Part shown: positions 1-9,325 of the stretch, piece by piece
How the letters are laid out: each line of letters starts with the position of its first letter
Numbering within the stretch: the first letter of the stretch is position 1
DNA from: an uncultured Planctomycetota bacterium
Lineage (GTDB): Bacteria; Planctomycetota; Planctomycetia; Isosphaerales; Isosphaeraceae
NCBI GenBank assembly: GCA_963737655.1
Contig: CAVTTN010000002.1
Span: forward strand, 7,488,001 to 7,552,000
Reading direction: 5' to 3'
Length of the DNA stretch: 64,000 bases
Made by a program: the position numbers and the translations under genes
Notes under the pieces: generated by a model
What the model saw: only the letters and a program-made list of their open reading frames with translations
Told to the model about the DNA's origin: nothing
Databases searched by the model: none

Positions 1-384
1 GTATTGCCGGATCGCCAGGAACAGGCCCATCACGCCGAAGATCGCGTATTCCAGGGGCCTCAGGCCCTTCTGGGGGATCGCGACGGGGGCCGAGAGCAGG
101 GCGAACACCGCCGCCATCAGCGCGATGGCCGAGGCGTGAAGCGGCCAGTGCGACCCCTCGCCGAACAGGAGTCGCCGGACGAGAAAGACGATCAGGACCA
201 GGAAGAAGAACCCCGCCGAGGCGCGGAGCCTCGTCTGGCAGAGCCGGCTCGTCTCGTCCGAAAGCTTGCCCCCCACGCCCACCTCGGGCCGAGGCGCCGG
301 GGGTGGCCAGACCGCGGTCTCGGCCCGGGAATTCCCCCCCGCGGACGACTCGAACGGGTCTTCATTCGGCCGATGGGGCGGCAT
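1..384 (-). CDS. Partial membrane protein (N-terminus only); resembles the N-terminal transmembrane region of planctomycete membrane Ser/Thr kinases
   Basis: Not in the ORF track because it runs off the window edge. ATG at 384 with GAGGAG upstream; reads MPPHRPNEDPFESS...LSDETSRLCQTRLRASAGFFFLVLIVFLVRRLL...LEYAIFGVMGLFLAIRQY with several hydrophobic helices. The kinase assignment is inference. Confidence 0.6.
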   Translation of the reverse strand, partial: MPPHRPNEDPFESSAGGNSRAETAVWPPPAPRPEVGVGGKLSDETSRLCQTRLRASAGFFFLVLIVFLVRRLLFGEGSHWPLHASAIALMAAVFALLSAPVAIPQKGLRPLEYAIFGVMGLFLAIRQY

Positions 385-593
385 CGCCGGACTCTCCTCG
401 AGCCATCAAGAACGACGGACAAGCCCCATCACCATAGCACGAAGGCCCGCCCGGGACCATCGGGCGGCGCCGCCGCGACCCGGGCGATTCGCCCCTCGCG
501 AACGAGGGGCCAACGGTGGAGATCGGACCCGATCCCATCCCAGGCCGCCACGTCTCGGGCCGATCGCGCCCAGGACCGTCACATCAAGAACCA

Positions 594-681
<88 letters not shown>

Positions 682-1242
682 GGTATCTCAAAGTCGTTGC
701 CGATTAGAATTTTACGTCGAGCACCTCTTGGAAACCGAGCGACTCGGTCGGGCCTGTCAACCTGCTTGTCAACCATCGGGCAGGGACAAGGGGAGATTCT
801 AGCGGATTCGCTCGCCCGCAGGAAGTGGTCTCCGTCGCCACGGACCGCCGGTCGAGCCGAGGATCTGGCCCTGGTTGAGGCCCGTCCACTTCGCCTCGGC
901 GGGCTGATCCCATCCCCGCGTCTGCATTCCCTCGTCGCGAGCCTCCCGCGCCACTCGATAAGAACGACGCGTCGGACGACATCGAGGCGAGATGCTCTCG
1001 GTTGATCATCCCGGTCAAAATCACGTCCCCTCGACCAGATCCCCGACCATCCTTGACGCGTTCCGTCGAGAAACATCGCTCGGCCTTCGAGCGATCGGCG
1101 TCCCGGACCCTCTTCTCAACACCGGGCGAGCTGCCTCATGACCGGATCGTCCTCCTCAGCATCGAGTCGGGCCGGGACCACGGCCGCGCTGGCTCGACGC
1201 GAGGCATACGGACCCCCTCCGAAGGTCGAGGTCCTCGGGCCC

Positions 1243-1797
1243 TCATGCCTTATCTAAGCTCTTCTTCGCCTCCTCGAGGATTTCTGACGACAAGTCCGGA
1301 TCGGACACGATCCGCGACATGGTCAGCGCGCCGATCATCGTCGAGGCCGCGACGAGGGCCCGACGTCTCGCGGCATCGCGAGGGACCTGGTCGAATTGTC
1401 CCTCGATGATCTCGACCAGCCCCAGGAAGCCCTCGGTCGCCGCGGCACGCGTCGCTTCGTCGCTCCGGGCGAGCTCGCTGCCGATCGCGGAGAGCGGGCA
1501 GCCCGTGGCCGGATCGTCGCGGTGGACGGTCGAGAGGTAGGCCGCCACAGGCCCCGGCCCTTCGGCGGCAGCCCCCAGACGTTCGCAGATCGCCGTTCGG
1601 ATGGCCTCCTCGCACGCCTCGCGGACGAGCTGGTCCTTCGACGCGAAGTGCTTGTAGAACCCGCCGTGGGTGAGGCCCGCGGCCTTCATCAGGTCGTTGA
1701 GCCCGGTCGCCACGATCCCGTTCTTGCGGAACTCCCCGGCCGCGGCCGTCACGATCCGCCCCCGGGTCCTCGCCGCCTCCTCCCTCGACTTCCTCAT
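1243..1797 (-). CDS. TetR/AcrR family transcriptional regulator
   Basis: N-terminal HTH: RIVTAAAGEFRKNGIVATGLNDLMKAAGLTHGGFYKHFASKDQL; C-terminal TGCPL motif. Confidence 0.93.
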   Translation of the reverse strand: MRKSREEAARTRGRIVTAAAGEFRKNGIVATGLNDLMKAAGLTHGGFYKHFASKDQLVREACEEAIRTAICERLGAAAEGPGPVAAYLSTVHRDDPATGCPLSAIGSELARSDEATRAAATEGFLGLVEIIEGQFDQVPRDAARRRALVAASTMIGALTMSRIVSDPDLSSEILEEAKKSLDKA

Positions 1798-1831
1798 GGA
1801 CGTTGATCCTCGATACGATTTTAGAAGCTAT

Positions 1832-1871
1832 TTGACATCCAAAATCGCAGTGCCTATTCTTTGGATGTCAA
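1832..1871. promoter_or_regulatory. Putative TetR operator / divergent promoter region
   Basis: Perfect 12-bp inverted repeat TTGACATCCAAA (1832-1843) / TTTGGATGTCAA (1860-1871) in an AT-rich gap between tetR and nmrA; each arm contains TTGACA. Confidence 0.6.
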
Positions 1872-1905
1872 CCGTAATCCTAACCGGCACCCGGGGACGA
1901 ATCCA

Positions 1906-2844
1906 ATGAGTCGGGACAAAGTTTTGGTCACCGGCGCGACGGGCGACACCGGCCGGGCGGCCGTCGACGAACTGCTGGCCCGCGGCCACGAGGTCCGGGC
2001 TCTGGCCCACGGGCGGGACGAACGCTCGAAGGCGCTCGAGGATCGGGGCGTCGAGGTGGTCTTCGGCGACCTCCTCGATTTCGAGCAGGTCCGAGACGCC
2101 CTGAAGGGCGTGCAGCGGGCCTACTTCGTCTACCCGATCCGCCCCGGCATCCTCCAGGCGACGGCCTACTTCGCCCAGGCGGCGAAGGAGGCGGGCATCG
2201 ACGGCATCGTCAACATGTCTCAGAAGAGCGCCAGGCCGGACGCGAAGAGCCACGCGGCGACCGATCACTGGCTGGCCGAGCGGGTCTTCGACTGGTCGGG
2301 GCTGACGGTCGCCCACATCCGCCCGACCTACTTTGCCGAGTGGCTGCTCTACATCGCCCCGATGATCAAGGCCGGGCTGCTCCACGTGCCGTTCGGCACC
2401 GGCAAGCACGCCCCGATCGCGGCCGAGGACCAGGGGCGCGTGATCGCCGGCATCCTCGACGACCCCGCGCCGCACAAGGGCAAGATCTATCCGCTCTTCG
2501 GCCCCGTCGAGTACACCTACGCGGAGACCGCGCTGGTCCTGGGCCGTGTGCTGGGGAAGCCCGTCGAATATAAGCAGATCTCCTTCGACGCCTTCCTCGG
2601 GATGCTCAAGTCCGGCCGGCAGAACGCGGCCGAGGGGGCGTCGTCGCGGAACCTCTACGGCGAGCTGGGGGGCAAATCGGAACGACCCGGCGACTCCTTC
2701 ACCGTGCAGCACCTGAAGGAAGTCGCGATCGACCACCAGAACGGGGTGTTCGAGGGGACCAATGACCTCGTCGAGACGCTCGGCGGGCGCCCGCCGATGA
2801 CTCTCGAAGCGTTCATCCAGAAGCACCGGGCGGCCTTCGAGTGA
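1906..2844 (+). CDS. NmrA family NAD(P)-binding protein (atypical SDR)
   Basis: KVLVTGATGDTG Rossmann motif; HIRPTYFAEW; APIAAEDQGRVIAGIL. Confidence 0.9.
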   Translation: MSRDKVLVTGATGDTGRAAVDELLARGHEVRALAHGRDERSKALEDRGVEVVFGDLLDFEQVRDALKGVQRAYFVYPIRPGILQATAYFAQAAKEAGIDGIVNMSQKSARPDAKSHAATDHWLAERVFDWSGLTVAHIRPTYFAEWLLYIAPMIKAGLLHVPFGTGKHAPIAAEDQGRVIAGILDDPAPHKGKIYPLFGPVEYTYAETALVLGRVLGKPVEYKQISFDAFLGMLKSGRQNAAEGASSRNLYGELGGKSERPGDSFTVQHLKEVAIDHQNGVFEGTNDLVETLGGRPPMTLEAFIQKHRAAFE

Positions 2845-2887
2845 CCGGCGGGCCCGGCCCGTCTCCCCCACACCGGCGAGGTGCCTC

Positions 2888-3640
2888 ATGAGCGGATCGT
2901 TCTCGACCGTCGCGTTGCTGACCGGGATCACGGCCGCCGTGGTGGCCCTCGTCACGCTCGGGCTCGCCCGGGCGGCCCGGAGGGCGGGACTGCCCCCGGC
3001 GCTCGCCCCTTCGGTCGCCGCCGGGATGATCGTCTGGCTCGGGGCGTCGGCCGCGCTCGCCCGGAGCGGAGCCCTCGGCGACTGGACGGCCCTCCCTCCG
3101 CGATGGCCCCTCCTGCCGCTGACGGCCCTGTTGGCCTCCGTCCTGCTCGGCCTGACCCGCCCCTTCCGGCGCCTGCTTGCGGAAGTCCCGCCGTGGCAGC
3201 CCGTCGCCCTCCAGACCTTCCGCCTGGGCGTCGAGATCGCCTTCTGGAGGCTCCACGAGGAGGGGATCGCCCCCGTCCAGGTCACCTTCGAAGGGAGGAA
3301 CCTCGACGCGCTCGTCGGCCTCTCGGCCCCGGTGATGGCGGCCGGCATCGCGATCGGCCGGGTGGGCCCGAGGCTGACGATCGCCTGGAACCTGTTCGGC
3401 CTGGCGATGCTCCTCAACGCGATCGGGACCGTCGCCACGTCCGCCCCCGGCCCTCTCCACCTGAACTGGTCGGGCGAGCCGTTCACCGCGATCGCGTCCT
3501 GGCCGGTCGTCTGGATCCCGGCGCTGCTCGCGCCGATCGGGATCACCCTCCACGTCGCCTCGATCCGCCAGGCGCTCGCCGGCCCTGGCATGACCGCGTC
3601 GCAACGCCCTCTCCGCACCCGATCGGGGGTGCAAGCATGA
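2888..3640 (+). CDS. Multi-pass membrane protein, function unknown
   Basis: About 7 hydrophobic segments; LQTFRLGVE and FEGRNLDALVG motifs. Confidence 0.7.
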   Translation: MSGSFSTVALLTGITAAVVALVTLGLARAARRAGLPPALAPSVAAGMIVWLGASAALARSGALGDWTALPPRWPLLPLTALLASVLLGLTRPFRRLLAEVPPWQPVALQTFRLGVEIAFWRLHEEGIAPVQVTFEGRNLDALVGLSAPVMAAGIAIGRVGPRLTIAWNLFGLAMLLNAIGTVATSAPGPLHLNWSGEPFTAIASWPVVWIPALLAPIGITLHVASIRQALAGPGMTASQRPLRTRSGVQA

Positions 3641-3712
3641 CCGTCGTCAAGGCCGCCGCCGTGCAGCTCAGCCCGGTCCTCTAGCGCTCACCTTCCCGGA
3701 GAAGGTGGTGCC
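3637..3712 (+). pseudogene. N-terminal remnant of a nitrilase (carbon-nitrogen hydrolase)
   Basis: ATGA overlap with the upstream stop; MTVVKAAAVQLSPVL then TAG, then out-of-frame EKVV; matches typical nitrilase starts (KAAAVQxSPVLYS...EKVV); the rest of the gene is absent. Confidence 0.6.
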
Positions 3713-3811
3713 GTATATTCCTAACACCGCCTGCCTGCGGGGGCGAGGGACGCGGGCAAGACGATCGCTCGTCGCTCTCGCGAAGCCCAGTTCGAACCGA
3801 CGGAGAGACCC

Positions 3812-4096
3812 ATGAAAGTGATGGCCATCGGCACGTTGAAACCCCTGTCGCCGGAGCAGCGTCAGCGCTACCTGCCGGCGGAGGTCCCCGCGACTCTGCA
3901 GCTCTATCTCGACGGCAAGATGGAGCAGTTCTGGTTGCGGGACCAGGAGGCGGGCGTCATCTTCCTGATGAGCGTGGATTCGGTCGCCGAGGCGGACCGG
4001 CTCCTCAAGGGCCTACCGCTCGGCCAGGCCGACCTGCTGACCTTCGAGCTGATGCCGATCGGGCCCCTCCTGCCTCTCGGCATGTTGATGAAGTAA
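3812..4096 (+). CDS. Muconolactone delta-isomerase-like small alpha/beta protein
   Basis: 94 aa; LYLDGKMEQFWLR...GVIFLMSVDSVAEADRLLKGLPL...FELMPIGPL pattern; GGAG RBS. Confidence 0.65.
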   Translation: MKVMAIGTLKPLSPEQRQRYLPAEVPATLQLYLDGKMEQFWLRDQEAGVIFLMSVDSVAEADRLLKGLPLGQADLLTFELMPIGPLLPLGMLMK

Positions 4097-4264
4097 GATG
4101 CCACGGCGGATGACGGCTTGGGCCCGCCGCGGAGCCGGCAACTCGCCGATCGGCCAGAAGGACCGCGAAGGAAACCCCGGATCGCACCGGGGCCGCCTCG
4201 CCGGCGATGAGGCGGCCTCGGACGGTTGTTCTGTCCTCCGGACCCAGATCGGAGCCCTGACGCG

Positions 4265-4765
4265 ATGATCCCGACCTCTGCCCTCCCGGCGTTCACGGCC
4301 TTCCCTGTCGTCCTCAGCCTGGCCGCGATCGAGTCGGGTTTCGTCGTGCTGTTCGGGATGATCGCGAACCGGCCGCTCGACGGCTGGACCCGGTTCTTCC
4401 TGGCGGCGACGGCCGCAACGAGCCTGACCGGATTCGGGTTCCCGATCCGGGGCATGACGCCGGGCCTCGCTTTCGGCATCCTGTCCCTGGCGGTGCTCGC
4501 CGCGGTCATCTACGCCCGCTATCCGGCAGGCCTCGCGGGCTTCTGGCGTCCGGTGTCCATCATCGGAGCTGTGTTCACCCTCTACCTCAATTTCGTCGTC
4601 CTGATCGTCCAGTCCTTCCAGAAGCTGGCGCCCCTCCACGCGCTGGCCCCGAACCAGAATGAGCCGCCCTTCCTGGCCGCCCAGGTCGTCTCGATGGTCG
4701 CGTTCCTCGTCCTGGGCACTCTCGGGGTGACGAAGTTCCGCGCGGGGGCGATCAAGTTCTCCTGA
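4265..4765 (+). CDS. Hypothetical membrane protein
   Basis: About 5 TM helices; LYLNFVVLIVQSFQK and LAPNQNEPPF motifs. Confidence 0.7.
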   Translation: MIPTSALPAFTAFPVVLSLAAIESGFVVLFGMIANRPLDGWTRFFLAATAATSLTGFGFPIRGMTPGLAFGILSLAVLAAVIYARYPAGLAGFWRPVSIIGAVFTLYLNFVVLIVQSFQKLAPLHALAPNQNEPPFLAAQVVSMVAFLVLGTLGVTKFRAGAIKFS

Positions 4766-4792
4766 CCACCTCGTTCCACCGGGAGATCGATC

Positions 4793-5290
4793 ATGATTCA
4801 CGAGCAGACGAACCTCGATGGGGCCCGCCACAGCTCCGAAGCCAGGTCCCGGCGGGGGCTCCTCCGGCTCGGCGCGGCGATCGCGGCGGGCGGGTCGCTG
4901 ATCGCCAACCCTCTGAGGGCGGCGGCGGATGGGAGCAAGGCGGGGATGGAGGAGGTCTCGAAGGATTCCGTCACCGACGCGGGAGAGCCGATCGTCTATC
5001 TGAACACCGCGAGCCCGGAGATCTCGTCGGCCGTCATGACGATCCCGGCGGGCACGACGACGGAATGGATGATCCACCCGGTCCAGGGGTACGTCTACGT
5101 GCTCGAGGGGACGCTGATCGTGGAGTTCGCGGACGGGCCCCGGAAGGAATTCCGGGCGGGGCAGGGCTTCCCCCAGGCGAGGTCGAAGTGGCATCGGGGC
5201 CGGAACGATGGGGCGGGGGTCGTTCGCTTCCTGGCGGTCTTTTTCGGGGGCAAGGACGTTCCCAACATCCTCCACCCGCCCAGGCGATGA
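4793..5290 (+). CDS. Cupin domain protein with putative Tat signal
   Basis: SRRGLLRLG twin-arginine motif; HPVQGYVYVLEGTL...F..GQGF...WHRGRN cupin pattern. Confidence 0.8.
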   Translation: MIHEQTNLDGARHSSEARSRRGLLRLGAAIAAGGSLIANPLRAAADGSKAGMEEVSKDSVTDAGEPIVYLNTASPEISSAVMTIPAGTTTEWMIHPVQGYVYVLEGTLIVEFADGPRKEFRAGQGFPQARSKWHRGRNDGAGVVRFLAVFFGGKDVPNILHPPRR

Positions 5291-5441
5291 TGCGGCTCGA
5301 CGAGCCGGGGTGCCCGAGGACCGGCGGCCCCGGACCAAGGGGCAAATCTCCCCGGGGCGTCTCGACCTGGTAAGGGCCGAGGGGCCGCCCGGCCGTCTCG
5401 TGTCGGAAGGCGCGGGGCGGCCGATCGGCCCTCGATTCGCG

Positions 5442-6389
5442 TCATCGCTCGCTGACCGCCGCTCCGCCCGGTTGTGGCCGAAGTGGGGCGTTCGCGTCCT
5501 CGATCAGGATCCTGCGGACTTCCCCGATGACCTCCGGATTCCGCAAGCAGAGGTGATGAGTCCGGAGCACGAGCTCCGAGCGGGCGCCGGGCAAGCGAGC
5601 GCTGGAGACCGGCACGAGGCCGTCGGTCGCATCGACGGCCGACGGGTCCTGGAGCGTGGCGATGATCGAGTGGAACGGGACGCCGCCCTCGGACCGGGCC
5701 CGTTCCAGCTCCGCGAGCAGAGGGGTGCCCGGACCGATCTGATCGATGCTCGACACCCTCGCCCCCCAGGCCGGCGCCGACGGGCTGAGGACGCGGGCGA
5801 CCCGGCTGCCGGCGAACCAGACGGCCCCGCGATCGACGGGCGAGCCGCGATGCGGGGTCGCGACGAAGATGAACCGGCCGATCCTCGGCCGAGAGGGCGT
5901 CTCCGCCTCGGCCCGCGTCGGGACCTCGCGCCCCGGAAGGCCCGGGTCGAGGCCGCGGATCGCCGCCTTCGCGACGAGCCCGCCCATGCTGAAGCCGACC
6001 AGGATCATCCGATCGAATCCGGCGTCGCGGCCCTCGGGATCGAATCGGCGCCGAGCCTCGCGGAGCGCCTCGACGAGGTGCCGCCCCGAGTCCTCGATCG
6101 GCTGCAGGCTGTCGTAGCGGAAAACGAGCGGCTGGAACCGGTCGCGGACGGCCGGGTCCTCGGAGAACGGCTCGATCATGGCCGACCAGTTCTCGGGACT
6201 GCCGAGCATCCCATGGACGAACACGACGGGCACCCTCCCGATTCGGTAGGGGACGACGCAGCTCAGCTCGGCCGTCCCTGCCCGGATCGTCGCGACGGTT
6301 TCGGCCTCGCCGGCAAGGGCGGCGGAGGGCACAACCAGGAGCATGGCCGCAAGTCGTGAGCGGCGGACCGAGTCGGTTGCAAGACGCAT
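5442..6389 (-). CDS. Alpha/beta hydrolase (lipase/esterase-like)
   Basis: VVFVHGMLGS, GFSMGG nucleophile elbow, FVATPHRGS, DGLVPVSSA, catalytic His region. Confidence 0.85.
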   Translation of the reverse strand: MRLATDSVRRSRLAAMLLVVPSAALAGEAETVATIRAGTAELSCVVPYRIGRVPVVFVHGMLGSPENWSAMIEPFSEDPAVRDRFQPLVFRYDSLQPIEDSGRHLVEALREARRRFDPEGRDAGFDRMILVGFSMGGLVAKAAIRGLDPGLPGREVPTRAEAETPSRPRIGRFIFVATPHRGSPVDRGAVWFAGSRVARVLSPSAPAWGARVSSIDQIGPGTPLLAELERARSEGGVPFHSIIATLQDPSAVDATDGLVPVSSARLPGARSELVLRTHHLCLRNPEVIGEVRRILIEDANAPLRPQPGGAAVSER

Positions 6390-6662
6390 GGGTGGACCTC
6401 AAGGTGGGCGCGGGGCAAGGGATCGGCAAACGGTCGTTGCCGCGAAAATCGGGCGGGGGATGCCCTCGTCTGGGCCCGACGAGGCTTTGACGACGCCGAG
6501 TTGATGTGCCCGGGTCGCGCGGCGAACCGGGCATCCATCTTGACGCGTCACGGACAACGTCTCGGCGGCCCGAGAACCTCCCCGCAGACGGGCCGAGGGA
6601 TTGCGGCCGCCCGGCCGGAAATCGTCGCCGAAAGCGGGCGCGAGGCTCCCGGGCGGAGGGGC

Positions 6663-7094
6663 TCAGCGAGGGGCCGGTGCGGAGGACTTCGCCGCCTCGG
6701 CGTCGAGGCGGGCGACCATGGCGGCGAGGATGGCCTCCTCGGCGTCGTTGATCGCGGCCCAGGCCAGGTCGATCGAGTCGGCGGCGTACTCCGCGGCCAG
6801 ATCCGCCTGGGTGTCCAGCTTCCGCGACTCCCGGTTCGCACTCCACCGGCCGATCGCGTCCTCGGTCTCGGCCAGATCCTCCTGGGCCAAGGCGTCGAAA
6901 TCGGCGTGAGTCTGATCGAGGTGTTCCCTCCGGACCTGAAACTGGTGACGGACTCGGTCGAGCTTCTTTCGCACGGACTCCTCGGAATCCCTGGGCAAGG
7001 CCTGGATGCTCGCCTTGAGCGAATAGACTCGCCCCTCCACCGTGCTGAGCCGGGCCCGCAGGTCGTTGCAGAACTGGTCGATTTTCGCGCTCAT
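6663..7094 (-). CDS. Hypothetical helical/coiled-coil protein
   Basis: 143 aa with GGAGGAG RBS; Ala/Asp/Glu-rich helical C-terminus. Confidence 0.7.
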   Translation of the reverse strand: MSAKIDQFCNDLRARLSTVEGRVYSLKASIQALPRDSEESVRKKLDRVRHQFQVRREHLDQTHADFDALAQEDLAETEDAIGRWSANRESRKLDTQADLAAEYAADSIDLAWAAINDAEEAILAAMVARLDAEAAKSSAPAPR

Positions 7095-7258
7095 GGGTCA
7101 TCTCCTCCGGGTGGGTATCCATCGAGGCGGGATCGTTCGGAAGGTCGTCAGGGAGGCCGAGAAAACACGGGTCATCCCGGGCCTGCTCGCGGTTGACGTG
7201 GTGCGACGAGGCCGATCTCCGACCCGTCGTCCGGGGGCGCCGAGCGGATCTCCGCGGT

Positions 7259-7756
7259 TCACTCGGGTGACGGCTGGCGGTCGGCCTCGTCCCTGGAAAC
7301 GACGAGGCCGACGAGCACGCCCGTCAGCCCGCCGAGGGCGGCGCCGAGAAGCGAGCCTTCGAGACCCCGGATCGGCGCGGCGGCCGGCGGCACGGAGGCG
7401 TCCACCGGGGCCTCGCCTGACGCGAAGGCGGACGCCGCCCCGACGAGCAGGCCCAGCAGGACGCCCGTCCACGACCACCAGAGCAACTCCCGCAGAAAGC
7501 CCTCGGGTCGGGATGAACCCAAGGGATGCTCCGGCTCGAAATCCTCGCCGAGGCTCGGGTCGGGGTGAGGCTCGACGCGGCCGAGCCTGATCCCGATCTC
7601 GCCTTCGAGGCTGAAGACGATGCTCAGGAGATCGATCAGGGCCTCGCCCAGGCCCCCCTCGGTCGCGGCCTCGGACGCCGGGTCGTCGGGGTCCGCGCCC
7701 GGCCTGCCGGTCGGGACGCCGGCCCCGCTCCCCCGGAACTTGCTCCCTTTCGCCAT
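7259..7756 (-). CDS. Hypothetical membrane protein
   Basis: GGAGG RBS; two Gly-rich TM segments. Confidence 0.55.
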   Translation of the reverse strand: MAKGSKFRGSGAGVPTGRPGADPDDPASEAATEGGLGEALIDLLSIVFSLEGEIGIRLGRVEPHPDPSLGEDFEPEHPLGSSRPEGFLRELLWWSWTGVLLGLLVGAASAFASGEAPVDASVPPAAAPIRGLEGSLLGAALGGLTGVLVGLVVSRDEADRQPSPE

Positions 7757-7909
7757 CGTCGCGCCCTCCCGTGGAAAGAGGCATCGCCAACCGGTCCCTA
7801 CCGACCCATGCTCGAACCCTGATTTCGGGACGCCCCGGCGCGTGGAACGTGCCCGAGACTCCGCGATGACTCGCGCCCCTCTGCTCGTCGATGCGGATGG
7901 GCCCTGGCC

Positions 7910-8404
7910 CTACTTCGAGGCGGGAGTCCCCGAGACGTTGCGGTCGGCCGCGATCTTCCACGCGTCGGCTTCCTTGACGCGGAGGACCACCGAACGCCCT
8001 CGGATCGGGCCGGCGTCGCCCGGGAGGCCGACGATCTCGAAGTCGACATCCGCGAGGAGCAGGTCGGGGCGGATGAACCGGGCCGAGACGACGACCTGCG
8101 ACAGCCTGGCGTCCGGGTACACCTCGAAGAACGTCGCGAAACAGTCCGCGATCCGGTCGGCGCCGGAGATGAGGCCATATTGGAGCGTCTTGACGTCGGC
8201 CCCCTGGAGGAACGCGAGGTCCGCGTCGCTGGTGAAGGTCTCGCCCAACTCCTTCGGCTTGCGGCCGTTGAAAGCCCGGACGTATGCCGCCGACTCCTGC
8301 TTCGCCCGTTCGACCGCCCCTCCGTTTCCGGCTTGCCCCGGGACTTGAGGGTCCCCGGCCATCAGGAAGCCCACGATCAACCCGACCATCGCCATGTCAG
8401 TCAT
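7910..8404 (-). CDS. Secreted SnoaL/NTF2-like (SgcJ/EcaC-type) protein
   Basis: Signal-like N-terminus; AYVRAFN...FTSDADL...SARFIRPDLLLADVDF...WKIAADR. Confidence 0.7.
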   Translation of the reverse strand: MTDMAMVGLIVGFLMAGDPQVPGQAGNGGAVERAKQESAAYVRAFNGRKPKELGETFTSDADLAFLQGADVKTLQYGLISGADRIADCFATFFEVYPDARLSQVVVSARFIRPDLLLADVDFEIVGLPGDAGPIRGRSVVLRVKEADAWKIAADRNVSGTPASK

Positions 8405-8667
8405 CGGTCCACCTCTTTCGATGAAGGCGTTTGCTCCGACGCGGAACGCGACCGAGGGATTGACGGCGGACGAACTTCGGCAAGTCGTCGTCGAGCGATC
8501 CGGCCCATCGCTCGTCGCATCGTGGACGTACGAGCTCGGATTCGGATGCGTCCTGACCGGCTCGGGGCCTTGCCCGCTCCCTCGGCTGTACTACTGGGCG
8601 TGGGCGGCGGACATCCCTCGTGGTAGATTAGGGCCTCGATGCCAACGATCTCCGGCGGGGACTCCTC

Positions 8668-9285
8668 GTGAACCAGGGCCACACCACCGCCGTCGTGCAG
8701 CGCTACCTGGACGCGCTGGCCGAAGCCACGCCCGCCGATCCCATCATCCGAGACCTGCTGGATCGGGCCGTCAGGCGGCTCGAGCTGCTGTGCGCCAACA
8801 TGCTCTACAGGAGCTACCCGCGATTGACCCGGCCGCCGCTGAACCTGAAGGCCGACGAGATGCTCGGCGCCGTGGTCGTCCGGCTGATGAGGACGCTCCG
8901 CGAGGTCCATCCGGGGAGCGTCCGCCAGTTCTTCGCCCTGGCCGGTCAACACATGCGGTGGGAATTGAATGACCTGGCCCGCTGCCTAGATGAGCAGCCG
9001 TACGCCGTGGAACTGCGCGACGACCTCTTGCCCGCGATGCCCGGGAGCGACTCGGGACTTACGGCGGAAGGTCGCCGGATGCTCGAAGCGATCGGCAACC
9101 TGCCCGAAGGGGAGCGAGAGGCGTTCGACCTCGTGAGGATCCAGGATTTGACGCAAGTCGAGGCCGCGAGGATCCTCGGGATTTCCGAGAAGACCGTCCA
9201 GCGTCGCCTGAACCGCGCCCTGATCCGGCTCACGGAGGGTCTCGATGACCTCCGACCGGATGCCCCCGAGGCGGGCGATTCCTAG
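8668..9285 (+). CDS. ECF RNA polymerase sigma factor
   Basis: Region 4: IGNLPEGEREAFDLVRIQDLTQVEAARILGISEKTVQRRLNRA; region 2-like QFFALAGQHMRWELNDLAR. Confidence 0.88.
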   Translation: MNQGHTTAVVQRYLDALAEATPADPIIRDLLDRAVRRLELLCANMLYRSYPRLTRPPLNLKADEMLGAVVVRLMRTLREVHPGSVRQFFALAGQHMRWELNDLARCLDEQPYAVELRDDLLPAMPGSDSGLTAEGRRMLEAIGNLPEGEREAFDLVRIQDLTQVEAARILGISEKTVQRRLNRALIRLTEGLDDLRPDAPEAGDS

Positions 9286-9325
9286 CCCTTCCCGCTCCCG
9301 CGAAACGACGCGAGGGATCGAGACC

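Noticed and set aside
755..772. Two tandem minus-strand TTGACA hexamers upstream of the tRNA
   Set aside because: No acceptable -10 box at 16-18 bp spacing
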